Shown: positions 24,505-35,546, counted from the first letter of the stretch. The stretch: 64,000 nucleotides of DNA from an uncultured Nitrospiraceae bacterium (GCA_963727775.1 CAVSHB010000001.1:704001-768000), one strand, 5' to 3'. Made by a program: numbers and translations. Notes: a model not told the origin generated them from the sequence alone.

Positions 24505-26340
24505 TTATTTCGAAAAATAAATATCTTCTTCGACAGCGCCATGGAGCCCACGCGTATCCGTCCAGACCACATAAGGTTTGCCGTTATTAACTGTGACCCA
24601 GATATAGTCACCGAGAAACCCCGCCTGGATGGGATTATTAGCAGGCGTCAAATTAGGCATTGAAGAGGTTGTGATTCGTTTATACGTTATCTTGGGTGAA
24701 ATAGAAATGGGCTTTTTAACCGTTGCCAGTGTAATGTCGTTACATCCTGTAAATTCACAGTTACCGTAAGAACGGTCGTAGTAGACCAAAAAAAGGCTGG
24801 AGCCATCCGGCGCTATGGCGCTCCAGGACTGCCACTGTGCAGTTGGTCCGAACTTGGAGGCAGGTGTGACGTTGATGGGGTTATTCCAGTTGATGCCGCC
24901 ATCTGTCGAAAAAGTAAAGAACACGTCATTGTCACAGGGAGGTGTTGCACTCGAAGCCTGGCCATCTGCGGCATTATTCCAGTCACAGCTTCCGCCGACA
25001 CCATTGCGGAAATCCGCCCAAACAAAATAGAGGTCGCCCTTTTTATCGACGGACAAAGACCCGGTAGTATCGTCCCCTACGCGATAACCGTTTGGTGGAA
25101 GGCATTGGTCTCCGGAAGAGCAGCCGGTTACTGAACTGGGACCGAACGGTTGCTTGCTGATGTCATCGGTGATCTTGATAGGCGCTGTCCAGTTTGCTGC
25201 GAGACTGCAGTCTTTTGTTGACGGGCAGGAGACAATCAAAAACTGATTAACGCCATCGAGGGGGGTGTTCGTATTATTAAATGATACATATATCGTTCCA
25301 TCCGGGTCGACTATCGGGTCAGATCCCTGGTCCTGGTCGCACTGATTTGCATTTGCCGAACCGCTGAAAGCAGTGCAGGCCGGGCTTGCGCCGCTGATCT
25401 CTACGCCGGGCGACCATGTAGCGCCGCCATCTGTGGATTGGCTGAAATATATAGGGCTGTTAAATCCTGTGCCGTTTCCTGTGGCTGAGTTAAACCGTGT
25501 CCATGTTGCATATACGTTATTTTTTTTCGGACTGGCCGGGTTGCTGTCGGCTATGGCAAAATCTTTGTCGTTGAGGACATTAGGATCGTTGTCATTTGCT
25601 ATAACCCCGAGGGTTTCGGTGTCATAAGTCTGGAAGGGGATAGTTGAATCCGGACTATGATAAAAAGCTCCGCCTATGGGGAAGTTTGATTTGGCGACGA
25701 CAAGCGCGCTTGCGGGTGAGACAATGTCAAAGAGCAGCCCTACGATATACGCATTGCCGCCGGCGTCGAATGTAACAGTAGGGTCGCTGCACGCGTCCGC
25801 TGTATGATCATCTGCCATCAGGAATTGGTAGAAGGGCGGGATTAGGTCTCCCCACGTATTGCCGCCGTCGAAAGACCAGGCATAGCCGCATCGGTTGTAC
25901 CCGAGACGGGAATCATTTGCTCCAGCGATAAGATTCCGGGAATTTAAAGGATTGACGGCAATTACCGTCTCAGCTTGCCGACGCAGTGAGCAGTCCTGAT
26001 TTACCCGAATGTTCTTGATCCCACCTTTATTAAAGACATTTTGGCATCCTTGAGTGTGGTCAAGGGATTTAATGACGGGGAGCGATTGTTGTAAAGAAAT
26101 GCCCCCGATATCGGCTTTACTGACGGATTTTCCCGCAGTCTCAAGAAAAGTACGAAGCGGGGCCGATGAAATTAAATGTTCATGTGAAGCTCGGTGCACA
26201 GATCCCAGGTGGATACTAATAGCGCGGCGCAAAACCTGATTTTCACTTTTTATTGTATCCGCTTGACCTGCACAAAGCGCAGGAGCTGTAAAGATAAGGA
26301 CAAATAGGGAAGCCACAAACAAATAAATCTTTGCTTTCAT
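24505..26340 (-). CDS. Secreted BNR/Asp-box (sialidase-like beta-propeller) protein
   Basis: Signal peptide MKAKIYLF...; Asp-boxes SFDGGNTW, STDGGATW, STDGGINW; FLGDY. Confidence 0.85.
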   Translation of the reverse strand: MKAKIYLFVASLFVLIFTAPALCAGQADTIKSENQVLRRAISIHLGSVHRASHEHLISSAPLRTFLETAGKSVSKADIGGISLQQSLPVIKSLDHTQGCQNVFNKGGIKNIRVNQDCSLRRQAETVIAVNPLNSRNLIAGANDSRLGYNRCGYAWSFDGGNTWGDLIPPFYQFLMADDHTADACSDPTVTFDAGGNAYIVGLLFDIVSPASALVVAKSNFPIGGAFYHSPDSTIPFQTYDTETLGVIANDNDPNVLNDKDFAIADSNPASPKKNNVYATWTRFNSATGNGTGFNSPIYFSQSTDGGATWSPGVEISGASPACTAFSGSANANQCDQDQGSDPIVDPDGTIYVSFNNTNTPLDGVNQFLIVSCPSTKDCSLAANWTAPIKITDDISKQPFGPSSVTGCSSGDQCLPPNGYRVGDDTTGSLSVDKKGDLYFVWADFRNGVGGSCDWNNAADGQASSATPPCDNDVFFTFSTDGGINWNNPINVTPASKFGPTAQWQSWSAIAPDGSSLFLVYYDRSYGNCEFTGCNDITLATVKKPISISPKITYKRITTSSMPNLTPANNPIQAGFLGDYIWVTVNNGKPYVVWTDTRGLHGAVEEDIYFSK

Positions 26341-26502
26341 TTTATCTTCCTCCTTTATAGTCAAAATAATATCATCAAAATCAAAGTCTGCATAGCGCAA
26401 CAAAAAAGCACGCATTTTTTTTAATACGGGTTATATGTACAAACCCGGAAATATCTACTATACTTTGAATGTATTTTAATGAAACTATTAGGAATGTTAG
26501 GA

Positions 26503-28638
26503 ATGGCTTGCGATCTTGTCCATAAGACGAACAGGAAAATCTCAAACGGCAGATATTATCCTTTGGGCGCCACAGTATATGATGACGGCGTAAATTTTGC
26601 GCTTTATTCCCGGAACGCAACTGAAGTATTCCTCCTCCTTTTCGATAAAGCGGACAGCGGTCCGACAGATGTCATAAAACTTGAGAACCGTACAAAATAT
26701 ATATGGTACACATTTGTTCACGGTATAAAGTCAGGACAGTTGTATGGATATAAGGTCAGAGGAGATTTCAGGCCTGAATACGGCCTGCGCTTTAATGAAA
26801 ACAAACTTCTTATGGACCCCTATGCAAAGGCCCTGACGGGCAAGTTTATTAACAGGGATAACCTTCTCCTTGCATATAATCCCGATCATTCTGCAAAAGA
26901 CCTGACATACGACGAACGCGACAACACACTTATTGTGCCGAAGTCCATAGTCATAGATGACAAGTTTGACTGGAAGGGGGATGTGCATCCGGACATTCCT
27001 TTGGAAAAAGTATTTATTTATGAAGTCCATCTAAAAGGTTTTACTGCACACAAGTCTTCCGGCGTTACCTGTCCCGGAACTTATCTCGGTTTCATAAAAA
27101 AAATCCCTTATCTCAAAGACCTGGGAATAAACGCTGTCGAGATTTTGCCTGTTCATGAATTCTATGTCGATGATTTTCTGCTGAATAAGGGACTGACGAA
27201 TTACTGGGGCTATAACACTATAGGTTTCTTTGCGCCTGAATCATCATACAGCACGAACAGCAGTCCGGGCTGTCAGGTGAATGAGTTCAAAACGCTCGTT
27301 CGGGAACTCCATAAAGCCGGCATCGAGGTAATACTGGATGTGGTATACAACCATACCTGCGAAGGCAATGAACTCGGTCCGACAATCTGCTTTAAGGGCA
27401 TAGATAACCCTACCTATTATGCCCTTACGGGAACGCCTTCGAATCCGTACCGGTATTATATGAACTATACGGGTTGCGGCAACACGGTCAATCTTGCAAA
27501 TGCTCATGTCATAAGATTTGTAATGGACTCGCTGAGATACTGGGTGGAGCAGATGCACGTCGACGGATTCAGATTTGACCTTGCTTCAGTCCTGGGGCGC
27601 GAGGGGGGGATATTCCAAAATTCAGCAAGCTTTTTCGACGCTGTCTCGCAGGACCCTGTATTAAACAGGATAAAGCTGATTGCCGAGCCATGGGACCTCG
27701 GTACCTATCAGGTTGGGAATTTCCCCATAGACTGGTCTGAATGGAATGGAAGATTCAGAGATACCATAAGGAAATTCGGGAAAGGTGACGGCGGGCTGAT
27801 ATGCGATCTCGGATGGAGATTAACAGGCTCCGCTGATTTATATAAGGACGACGGCAGGTCTGCATATAACAGCATAAATTTTATAACCTGCCATGACGGT
27901 TTTACACTGAAAGATCTCGTCTCCTATAATTACAAGCATAATGAGGCCAATCTTGAAAACAATAACGACGGGACCAATGACAATAATTCATGGAACTGCG
28001 GGGCTGAGGGAGAGACGGACGATCCCGACATCATCAGATTGAGGAAACAGCTTGTAAAGAATTATATCTGCTGGCTACTGTTTTCCTCCGGTACCCCGAT
28101 GATACTCGGAGGCGACGAATTCTTGAGAACGCAGGAGGGCAATAACAACGCTTACTGTCAGGACAATGAGATAAGCTGGTTTAACTGGGGCGATATAAAG
28201 AAGAACTCCGATATCCGGGAATTTTTTAAAAAAGCAATTGCGTTTACCAATAAATATACCGTCCTTCAGCAAAGGAAGTTTTTTTCAGGAAAGGACATGG
28301 ACGGTGACACAATACCCGATATCTCATGGTTTGGAAAAGACCTTGATAAGCCTTCATGGGATGATTACGAACTGCGTACTCTGGCCTATTTGCTCGATCC
28401 CGATGAAGGCGCTTCGGGGTCTGACGATTATTTTCTCTTCATTATACTTAATGCTGATTTCAATCCCCGGACAGTGAAGATACCCCGGCTTCCGGGAGAA
28501 AGAAAATGGCACAGGGTAATCGACACAAGCCTTAACAGCGGCGATGATTTTCTTGATAAAGGCAGGGAGATGCTGCTTGCCCCCCAGGATTATTATCCGG
28601 CAAAGCCACGGAGCACGGTCGTCCTTCTTGGCGTTTGA
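26503..28638 (+). CDS. glgX: Glycogen debranching enzyme (GH13)
   Basis: GVNFALYS, NYWGY, DVVYNHT, DGFRFDLA, IAEPWD, CHDGFTL. Confidence 0.97.
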   Translation: MACDLVHKTNRKISNGRYYPLGATVYDDGVNFALYSRNATEVFLLLFDKADSGPTDVIKLENRTKYIWYTFVHGIKSGQLYGYKVRGDFRPEYGLRFNENKLLMDPYAKALTGKFINRDNLLLAYNPDHSAKDLTYDERDNTLIVPKSIVIDDKFDWKGDVHPDIPLEKVFIYEVHLKGFTAHKSSGVTCPGTYLGFIKKIPYLKDLGINAVEILPVHEFYVDDFLLNKGLTNYWGYNTIGFFAPESSYSTNSSPGCQVNEFKTLVRELHKAGIEVILDVVYNHTCEGNELGPTICFKGIDNPTYYALTGTPSNPYRYYMNYTGCGNTVNLANAHVIRFVMDSLRYWVEQMHVDGFRFDLASVLGREGGIFQNSASFFDAVSQDPVLNRIKLIAEPWDLGTYQVGNFPIDWSEWNGRFRDTIRKFGKGDGGLICDLGWRLTGSADLYKDDGRSAYNSINFITCHDGFTLKDLVSYNYKHNEANLENNNDGTNDNNSWNCGAEGETDDPDIIRLRKQLVKNYICWLLFSSGTPMILGGDEFLRTQEGNNNAYCQDNEISWFNWGDIKKNSDIREFFKKAIAFTNKYTVLQQRKFFSGKDMDGDTIPDISWFGKDLDKPSWDDYELRTLAYLLDPDEGASGSDDYFLFIILNADFNPRTVKIPRLPGERKWHRVIDTSLNSGDDFLDKGREMLLAPQDYYPAKPRSTVVLLGV

Positions 28639-28671
28639 ACATTTACCCCACTTAATTCCTATAATTTGCGG

Positions 28672-28786
28672 TTGCCGACAGATACAGTATTTGCGCTCAT
28701 TCTCGGCCCAGTACGAATCGGGCCTCCGAGGTAAATTCTTTCTTCGAAAGAATTTAAAACCGCGCAAATACTGTATCTGTCGGCAA
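28672..28786 (-). repeat. Structured intergenic element, copy B (inverted)
   Basis: Terminal IR TTGCCGACAGATACAGTATTTG; minus strand carries GCGG, CCTCGGAG and CGAGAATGAGCG. Confidence 0.85.
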
Positions 28787-28844
28787 TTTTATGGATAGTG
28801 ATAGCGCAGGCTAACTCATATTATTCATAAATATTTTGTTCGAC

Positions 28845-28968
28845 CAGAGCAGATGCAGTATCAGAGCGGCTTTACAGAGTGTTCGACGCCTTAAAGCGAC
28901 GGACACTCTGTACCTCGGAGGTCCGCAAAAGCGGACCGAGAATGAGCGATGATACTGCATCTGCTCTG
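28845..28968 (+). repeat. Structured intergenic element, copy C
   Basis: 19-bp terminal IR CAGAGCAGATGCAGTATCA with the same three junction motifs. Confidence 0.85.
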
Positions 28969-28996
28969 ACTGCCAATACGTTCTGAATAATCTGCG

Positions 28997-29704
28997 CTAA
29001 TGTCTTTTTACCCATGCAATTGCTTTTTCGTAACAATCAAATAGCCGCTCACGCCTTTTGAATTCTGCGGAATGTATCAGTCTCCTTCCGTTTTTCTTTT
29101 CCTCCTGCATATCACTATGGAGCATCTCGTGGTACAGGATAAACTTGAGAAAAAATTTCGGGACATGTTTTCTGTCCAAACAGGTATGAATCCTTATGGT
29201 CTTTGTCTGAATGCTGTAACTGCCCAGAGTGCGCCATCTCACCGCCCAACGCGGACTCTTATTCCCCCAGGTGATTGAGGCTGTAATTCTACCCCCGAAA
29301 TATTCGTTATTAACAGAGTCAAAAAGCGCCTTCAGGTCATGATACTTCCCGATCGTACGCGCACTGATTGTTCTTGAGGGTTTCTTTCTGAGACAATGCC
29401 GGTTTTCTTTTATAAAGTTTCCGATGAGACGAGTCCTGTATTTCCTATTTATTATGAATTCGGCAATCTCTTTGATAACGTCGCCTCCGGCCCGGAGGAA
29501 CATCCAGTGGAGTCTCACAAAAACCGATTTACCTTTTGTCTTTATTGAAAGCATGCTCGTGGAATTGTCTGTAATAAACAGGGAGAGGGGTTTACCGGTC
29601 TTTGTTATAAGATAGTCCTCAAGAGTATTCCTGTCGTGCGTGATAAGCAGGCTTAACTGACCCGATGAACTCAGATTCTCATGTCTCCGGTTTATCAAGG
29701 ACAT
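28997..29704 (-). CDS. SprT-like zinc metalloprotease domain protein
   Basis: NNEYF, LGSY, HEMLH, HSAEF; start uncertain. Confidence 0.8.
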   Translation of the reverse strand: MSLINRRHENLSSSGQLSLLITHDRNTLEDYLITKTGKPLSLFITDNSTSMLSIKTKGKSVFVRLHWMFLRAGGDVIKEIAEFIINRKYRTRLIGNFIKENRHCLRKKPSRTISARTIGKYHDLKALFDSVNNEYFGGRITASITWGNKSPRWAVRWRTLGSYSIQTKTIRIHTCLDRKHVPKFFLKFILYHEMLHSDMQEEKKNGRRLIHSAEFKRRERLFDCYEKAIAWVKRH

Positions 29705-29942
29705 CTGCGAGAAACGGCAGAAGAAAAAAACCGCCGGGAAGTAAAAATATCGCGATTATCGGAACCACCTTGGATATATTTTTCAGGTGTATTTTTATCT
29801 TTTTTTTCTCGTCTTTTGTCCAGGATTGTTCGGTGTTTCTATACTTCAACATAAGCTCCATAAACCCTTTGATCTCAAGGACCTCTTTCATAATGAAGTC
29901 CCTGTTTTGCAGAAGTAGCCGTTTAAAGTAGTTCATTTTCAT
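29679..29942 (-). CDS. Small hypothetical protein (LETM1-like motif)
   Basis: 'KVVPIIAIFLLPGGFFLLP'. Confidence 0.7.
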   Translation of the reverse strand: MKMNYFKRLLLQNRDFIMKEVLEIKGFMELMLKYRNTEQSWTKDEKKKIKIHLKNISKVVPIIAIFLLPGGFFLLPFLADVLDKPET

Positions 29943-30055
29943 TTGCAGCGGTCTCTATATCTTAATCTTTATATTGTAATCATGGAACAGTACTAAATAA
30001 AGAGATATTTTTGGAATTGCAGTTTTTTGGGTATTGCGGTCTGCCGGGCATATCA

Positions 30056-30104
30056 TAACCCCACCCTTCCTCCCCTTATCTTAAGGGGAGGTGAGGAGGG
30101 GTTA
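30056..30104. repeat. GC-rich palindromic repeat, copy 1
   Basis: TAACCCC...CCCCTTA-TCT-TAAGGGG...GGGGTTA; related copy at 59488. Confidence 0.7.
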
Positions 30105-30187
30105 CATCTGCTACCGCGTGTATCAAAATTAAATCCTGTCGATTTGCAGGAGTTTTTCAGCACATCTTACTTCTGACCAATGAAACA

Positions 30188-30979
30188 TTAAGGTTGTTTT
30201 TCTTTAAATATCTCTTTGAAAAAGGTCTTCATTGACTCCCAGGAACGTTTGTCGGCTTTCTCGTTATAAGCCACTCCTTTAATACCGAGGCTATCCGCTT
30301 CCGGGTTGGTAAAGCTGTGTTCGGCGTTGCCGTAAATATTCACTTCCCAGTCAACTCCTGCATTGCGCATCTCATCCTGAAGTGCCTCAACCTTTTCGCG
30401 GGTCTGGAACGGATCATTTGCACCGTGCAGAACGAGCACAGATCCCTTAATATTTTTTGCGTCAGCCGGATTCGGCGTATCAAGACCGCCATGAAAACTT
30501 ACAACGCCGTTAAGACTTGCGCCGCTCCTGGCCAGCTCAAGGACGGTTGTACCTCCAAAACAGTAACCGATAGCGGCAATCCGCCCTGTATCGACGAGCT
30601 TATTTTTCCTGAGGACATCGAGTCCCGCCTTTGCGCGTGAGCGCATCAATTGCCTGTCTTTCACATAAACGCCTGACAGTTCTCCCGCTTTCTTAGGGTC
30701 CTGCGTGTTTTTCCCTTTTCCATACATATCGATTGCAAAAGCTATATACCCGAGTTTTGCCAGAGTTTCTGCGCGTTCTTCGATATGCTTGTTAAGTCCC
30801 CACCATTCGTGTACAACAACTACACCCGGGCGCTTCTCTTTGATTGAATCATCATACGCCAGGTACCCTTGGAGTAATACATCTCCGTCTTTATAATCGA
30901 TATGCTCAGTGCGCAAGGCAGCGTATGCGTTTGTAAATATCATCATGCTGATCATCACGATAAATAAACATGTTTTCAT
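30188..30979 (-). CDS. Dienelactone hydrolase family protein with signal peptide
   Basis: HEWWG, GYCFGG, HGAND, HSFTNP. Confidence 0.93.
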   Translation of the reverse strand: MKTCLFIVMISMMIFTNAYAALRTEHIDYKDGDVLLQGYLAYDDSIKEKRPGVVVVHEWWGLNKHIEERAETLAKLGYIAFAIDMYGKGKNTQDPKKAGELSGVYVKDRQLMRSRAKAGLDVLRKNKLVDTGRIAAIGYCFGGTTVLELARSGASLNGVVSFHGGLDTPNPADAKNIKGSVLVLHGANDPFQTREKVEALQDEMRNAGVDWEVNIYGNAEHSFTNPEADSLGIKGVAYNEKADKRSWESMKTFFKEIFKEKQP

Positions 30980-31108
30980 CTTGACCTCCTTTTCGGTTTG
31001 TTCTCAAAATTACTGGTTTGTCGTATAATAACTCTCTCTGCCATAATGCCTCCTTTGTTTTATGTGCTGTTCAATTCTGTATTAAATATTATAAAGTCTA
31101 CCTTAAAT

Positions 31109-32954
31109 CGTATTTTCTTTTATGAAAACACCCATAAATGCTTATATTACAATAGATTACCGTGTATTTGGCTTTCAAATGTAGCCATATAATATAGCAT
31201 TTTATAGTTGACATAGTGGTAATCATATCCTATAATAGTAGCCATGCCATTTAAAAAGAAGCCACGCCCCCATCTCGAAATACAGACTTCCGGCAATAAG
31301 CACTACGGCGTTATTCGCACTACCTTCCGTGAGAAGGGCGAAATCAGGCACACGACACATGGGACCATTAAGGATATGAGTCTTGAACAACTAAAGCTCA
31401 TACAGGCCGCCTTCAGGGGCAATGTGCTGGTAAAGGGTTCAGCCGACGCTCACAAAATCGCGGAATCGAAAGAGTACGGCGCTTCCTATGCGGTATTGCA
31501 GTTGGCGAAGGAATTAGAGTTGGACAAGATGATTTATTCGAGATATTCCGAGCAGTGGGTTAAAGACTGTCTTGCCATGATAATCGGCCGTTTAGTATAT
31601 AGCGGCAGCAAGCTGGCTTTATCGCACAGATGGGAGGACACGGCATTATGGGAACTCTGCGGGATAGAAGGGCCGGTTGACGTAGATAAGCATTGTTATG
31701 AGCCTATGGATCGTCTTTTACAGAGGCAGGATGCCATCCAAAGTACATTGGCGAAAAAGCATCTCCGAAACGGCGCGCTTGTGCTTTACGATATAACCAG
31801 CAGTTATTTTGAGGGCGAGTATGAAGACAGTGAGATCGTTAAATTCGGATATAACCGGGACGGCAAGCGGGGGCATGAACAGATGGTGATAGGGCTGCTT
31901 TGCAGTCCCGAGGGGTGCCCTGTGGGTGTGGAAGTTTTCCCTGGGAATACTCAGGATGCTCAAACGGTACCCGATAAAATAGCTGAGGTGCAGAAAAAAT
32001 ATGGGATCCAGGAGATAATCTTTGTAGGTGATCGTGGAATGGTTACTCATGCCAATTACGAAAAGGTTAAGGATGTAAAAGGGCTCAATATAATATCGGC
32101 ATTAACACACCACCAGATAAAAGAGCTACTGGAACGCAAGGTGATTCAGATCGATATGTTTGATGAAAAGGAGATTATTGAAGTAGTGGATCCTGAGGCG
32201 ATAGGACGGCGATACTGCTTATGCCGCAATCCAAAGACCGCTACAAGGGAAGCTGTGACACGCAAAGGCTTGATTGAGGTCACCAGAAAGGCATTGGATA
32301 GCATAGCCCAATCAAAACGGAAGTCGTCAAACGAGAAGATAGCGGCAAGGGTGGGGAAGGTTCTGGGAAAGTGGAAGACAGGTAAATTTGTAGAGTGGTC
32401 AGTACAGGATGGACGTCTCACATGGAAATTAAAAACAGAGAAGATCGAGACTGAGGAATTGATTGACGGCTGTTACATCATTGCCTCCGATGTTCCTGCC
32501 GGGCTGATGGCAAAGCAGGCAATAGTGGCATCATATAAAAAGCTTGCTCTTGTAGAACAGGCGTTTCGGAACTTAAAGAGCGTACAGCTTGAGGTGCGGC
32601 CCGTTTATCACAAGACCGACGACCGAATCCGCTGTCATGTGTTTCTTTGCATGCTTGCCTACTACTTGCAGTGGCATATGAATCAGAGACTAAAGCCTCT
32701 GTTTCAGTCTGACGGAAAAAATAAACACCGCAGATGGACATTTGAGTATGTGATTGAGAGATTAAAGAGCCTGAGAAGGCAGAGACTTCAAGTGCAGGGC
32801 TCTTCGTGCCGAATTGTTTGCACCCCGGATAACAGTCAGCAAAAGATTCTTGATCTGCTCAAGGTAAAATTGTAGCCATTTTCTTGAAATTAGAAATCGC
32901 CTTCAAATCATTGCAGCATATGGAGTTCCTCGTAGTTTTTAAAAAGAAAATACG
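31109..32954 (+). mobile_element. IS1634-family element, complete
   Basis: Terminal IRs CGTATTTTCTTTT / AAAAGAAAATACG flanked by 6-bp direct repeat TTAAAT (31103-31108 and 32955-32960). Confidence 0.92.
31244..32875 (+). CDS. IS1634-family DDE transposase
   Basis: YDITSSYFEG, GYNRD, VGDRG, VEQAFRNLK, RPVYH, HVFLCMLAY. Confidence 0.93.
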   Translation: MPFKKKPRPHLEIQTSGNKHYGVIRTTFREKGEIRHTTHGTIKDMSLEQLKLIQAAFRGNVLVKGSADAHKIAESKEYGASYAVLQLAKELELDKMIYSRYSEQWVKDCLAMIIGRLVYSGSKLALSHRWEDTALWELCGIEGPVDVDKHCYEPMDRLLQRQDAIQSTLAKKHLRNGALVLYDITSSYFEGEYEDSEIVKFGYNRDGKRGHEQMVIGLLCSPEGCPVGVEVFPGNTQDAQTVPDKIAEVQKKYGIQEIIFVGDRGMVTHANYEKVKDVKGLNIISALTHHQIKELLERKVIQIDMFDEKEIIEVVDPEAIGRRYCLCRNPKTATREAVTRKGLIEVTRKALDSIAQSKRKSSNEKIAARVGKVLGKWKTGKFVEWSVQDGRLTWKLKTEKIETEELIDGCYIIASDVPAGLMAKQAIVASYKKLALVEQAFRNLKSVQLEVRPVYHKTDDRIRCHVFLCMLAYYLQWHMNQRLKPLFQSDGKNKHRRWTFEYVIERLKSLRRQRLQVQGSSCRIVCTPDNSQQKILDLLKVKL

Positions 32955-33108
32955 TTAAATGAGAGTAATAGTTAAGGAATCTGATGACGAATATTATTAT
33001 CTGCAATTAAGCCTGGACTTATGGTTAGATTTCTGTTAACAATCAATTGAGAACATAAAATGAGCCGTGAACCGCCGGATAAACGGTATCTGAGGTGAAG
33101 TTTTTACG

Positions 33109-33915
33109 ATGAATATGTTCATAATTGACAAAGAGATTTATTTAAGGCTTGGCTTCTTTTTCAGCATTTTATTTATTATGGCAATGTGGGAAATCGCTGC
33201 GCCGAGACGGGTATTGACAACAGAAAAAAAGAAGAGATGGTTTATCAACCTTTTTGTAACTTTTTCCAATGCTGTTATGCTGCGCCTGATTTTTCCAGTT
33301 GCCCCGGCGGGGATCGCCTTAATGGCAGAAAAGCACGGCTGGGGGGTATTTAATATAACCGGCACGCACGGTATCCTATCTATTATTTTTCCCATATTCA
33401 TGCTCGACTTAACTATCTGGTTCCAGCATCTATCATTTCACCGGATACGGTTATTCTGGAGATTCCACATGATACACCATATGGACCTTGATATTGATGT
33501 AACAACCGGCGCGAGATTTCATCCTGTTGAGATCGTTCTCTCTGTGATAATCAAAATGATTATGATTATACTGATAGGTCCGCCTGTTTTGTCTGTAATA
33601 GTTTTTGAGATATTGCTTAACGGCTCGTCAATGTTCAATCACAGCAATGCCCTTATACCCCGGAACCTTGACGGAATATTGAGAAGATTTGTGGTTACAC
33701 CTGACATGCATCGTGTTCACCATTCTATTCAAACAAGGGAGACAAACAGCAACTTTGGGTTCAATTTTCCATGGTGGGACCGTCTTTTCGGAACTTATAT
33801 TGAGCAGCCGTCAGCCGGACATGAAGGCATGAAGATCGGTCTGGCAGACTACAGAGACGGAGAGTATCTCACTCTCCTGAATATCTTATCTTTGCCGTTT
33901 TACAGACAAAAATAA
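33109..33915 (+). CDS. Sterol desaturase / fatty acid hydroxylase family protein
   Basis: His boxes HLSFH, HMIHH, FNHSN, HRVHH; WDRLFGT. Confidence 0.92.
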   Translation: MNMFIIDKEIYLRLGFFFSILFIMAMWEIAAPRRVLTTEKKKRWFINLFVTFSNAVMLRLIFPVAPAGIALMAEKHGWGVFNITGTHGILSIIFPIFMLDLTIWFQHLSFHRIRLFWRFHMIHHMDLDIDVTTGARFHPVEIVLSVIIKMIMIILIGPPVLSVIVFEILLNGSSMFNHSNALIPRNLDGILRRFVVTPDMHRVHHSIQTRETNSNFGFNFPWWDRLFGTYIEQPSAGHEGMKIGLADYRDGEYLTLLNILSLPFYRQK

Positions 33916-33936
33916 TCTTCAGGTAAGTTCATCTTC

Positions 33937-35325
33937 TTATAGCCCGATTGTCTGAGGCGCTCTCGGGCATGGTATAACATCCCGGATATTTACCATACCG
34001 GTTATATACTGCACTAACCGTTCAAACCCAAGTCCAAACCCTGCATGCGGGGCTGAACCGAACCTGCGCAGGTCGAGATACCATTGCAGGTTTTCAGCAG
34101 GCACATTTGTCTGCAGCATCCTCTCTTCAAGTATCGATAGCCTTTCTTCACGCTGGCTTCCGCCGATGATCTCGCCGATCTTAGGGACCAATACATCCAT
34201 TGCCGCAACTGTTATTTCGTCCGGGTTCAGTCTCATGTAAAAGGCCTTTATCTCTTTTGGATAATCCGTCACAATGACAGGCGTTTTAAAAACCTTGTCT
34301 GTCAGATAACGCTCATGTTCGGACTGCAGATCGGAACCCCATGCCACAGGGAATTCAAAGTTCTCTTTCGCGGTTTTTAATTCTTTTATTGCTTCTGTAT
34401 AGGTGATATGGACAAAGGGTTTTTCAGCGAGATTGTTCAGCTCTTCGAAGGAGATCCTTTGGTACTGCTTCTCTAAAAATGCGAGTTCACTTTTTCCACT
34501 ATCCAGGACCTTTCTGCAGAGGAAGCGTAAAAAATCTTCGGCCAGACGCATATCGTCTGTTAGGTCCGCAAAGGCCATCTCAGGTTCGATCATCCAGAAC
34601 TCGGACAGGTGGCGCGTTGTATTTGAATTCTCTGCCCTGAAGGTGGGGCCGAAGGTATAAACGTTTCCGAGCGCCATGGCAAGGAACTCTGCTTCAAGCT
34701 GGCCGCTTACCGTCAAAAAGGCCCGCTTTCCGAAAAAATCCTGAGTGAAATCTATCTCACCATTTTCTTTTCTCGGCAGGTTCTTGAGATCGAGAGAGGT
34801 CACAGAAAAAAGCTCTCCGGCCCCCTCGCAGTCGCTTGATGTAATAATCGGCGTATGTACCCAAACAAAGCCGCAGTCCTGGAAAAATTCATGCACCGCA
34901 TCCGCAAGGATATTCCTCACCCTGAAGACAGCTCCAAAGGTATTGGTGCGGGGCCTTAAATGGCCGATCTCTCTAAGGAATTCAAGAGTATGTCCTTTCT
35001 TCTGTAAAGGATATCTGTCAGGATCAGCTTCGCCGAATACCTTTATATCCGAGACCTCCACTTCAAATCTCTGGCCTTTTGCAGGCGACTCCTTAAGAAT
35101 CCCTTTTGATTTTATGGCTGTGCCGGTATTGCAGCGGTGCAGCTCTTTAAAAGCAGTAGTTTGATCAGAGACGACGAGCTGTAATGTCTCCTGAGAAGAA
35201 CCGTCGTTAAGGACAATGAAAGCAAAACCTTTCGATTCACGTTTTGTTCTTACCCACCCGCATACGTTAACCTGCTGTCCGGTATTTCCAGCTCTAAGAA
35301 TATCTTTTATCAGTGAACGTTCCAA
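33937..35325 (-). CDS. asnS: Asparagine--tRNA ligase
   Basis: GWVRTKR, LTVSGQL, GPTFRAENS, EFWMIEPE, GGSQREER, GFGLGFER. Confidence 0.97.
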   Translation of the reverse strand: MERSLIKDILRAGNTGQQVNVCGWVRTKRESKGFAFIVLNDGSSQETLQLVVSDQTTAFKELHRCNTGTAIKSKGILKESPAKGQRFEVEVSDIKVFGEADPDRYPLQKKGHTLEFLREIGHLRPRTNTFGAVFRVRNILADAVHEFFQDCGFVWVHTPIITSSDCEGAGELFSVTSLDLKNLPRKENGEIDFTQDFFGKRAFLTVSGQLEAEFLAMALGNVYTFGPTFRAENSNTTRHLSEFWMIEPEMAFADLTDDMRLAEDFLRFLCRKVLDSGKSELAFLEKQYQRISFEELNNLAEKPFVHITYTEAIKELKTAKENFEFPVAWGSDLQSEHERYLTDKVFKTPVIVTDYPKEIKAFYMRLNPDEITVAAMDVLVPKIGEIIGGSQREERLSILEERMLQTNVPAENLQWYLDLRRFGSAPHAGFGLGFERLVQYITGMVNIRDVIPCPRAPQTIGL

Positions 35326-35477
35326 ATTTGCCTCAAATAAATTATATCAGTTCGCGCAGAAGACAATCTATTTAGAATTAATAGTGTAACAAAACAAAAT
35401 CGGGCAATATGCCCTGTCAAATGACAATTTGCTATCGGCAAAAATAAGAAATCTCAATAAATTTAATACTATAGAAC

Positions 35478-35492
35478 TGGCATTGAAATTGC
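35478..35492 (+). promoter_or_regulatory. sigma54 (-24/-12) promoter
   Basis: TGGCAT-TGAAA-TTGC upstream of the 35547 ORF. Confidence 0.7.
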
Positions 35493-35546
35493 TTTATTAA
35501 AATTATTAATGTAAAAATAGGCTTGTTCAGAAAGGAGAATCAATAT

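Noticed and set aside
28672..28968. CRISPR array or classical MITEs
   Set aside because: No identical direct repeats with spacers and no cas genes; terminal repeats differ between copies and no target duplications are evident
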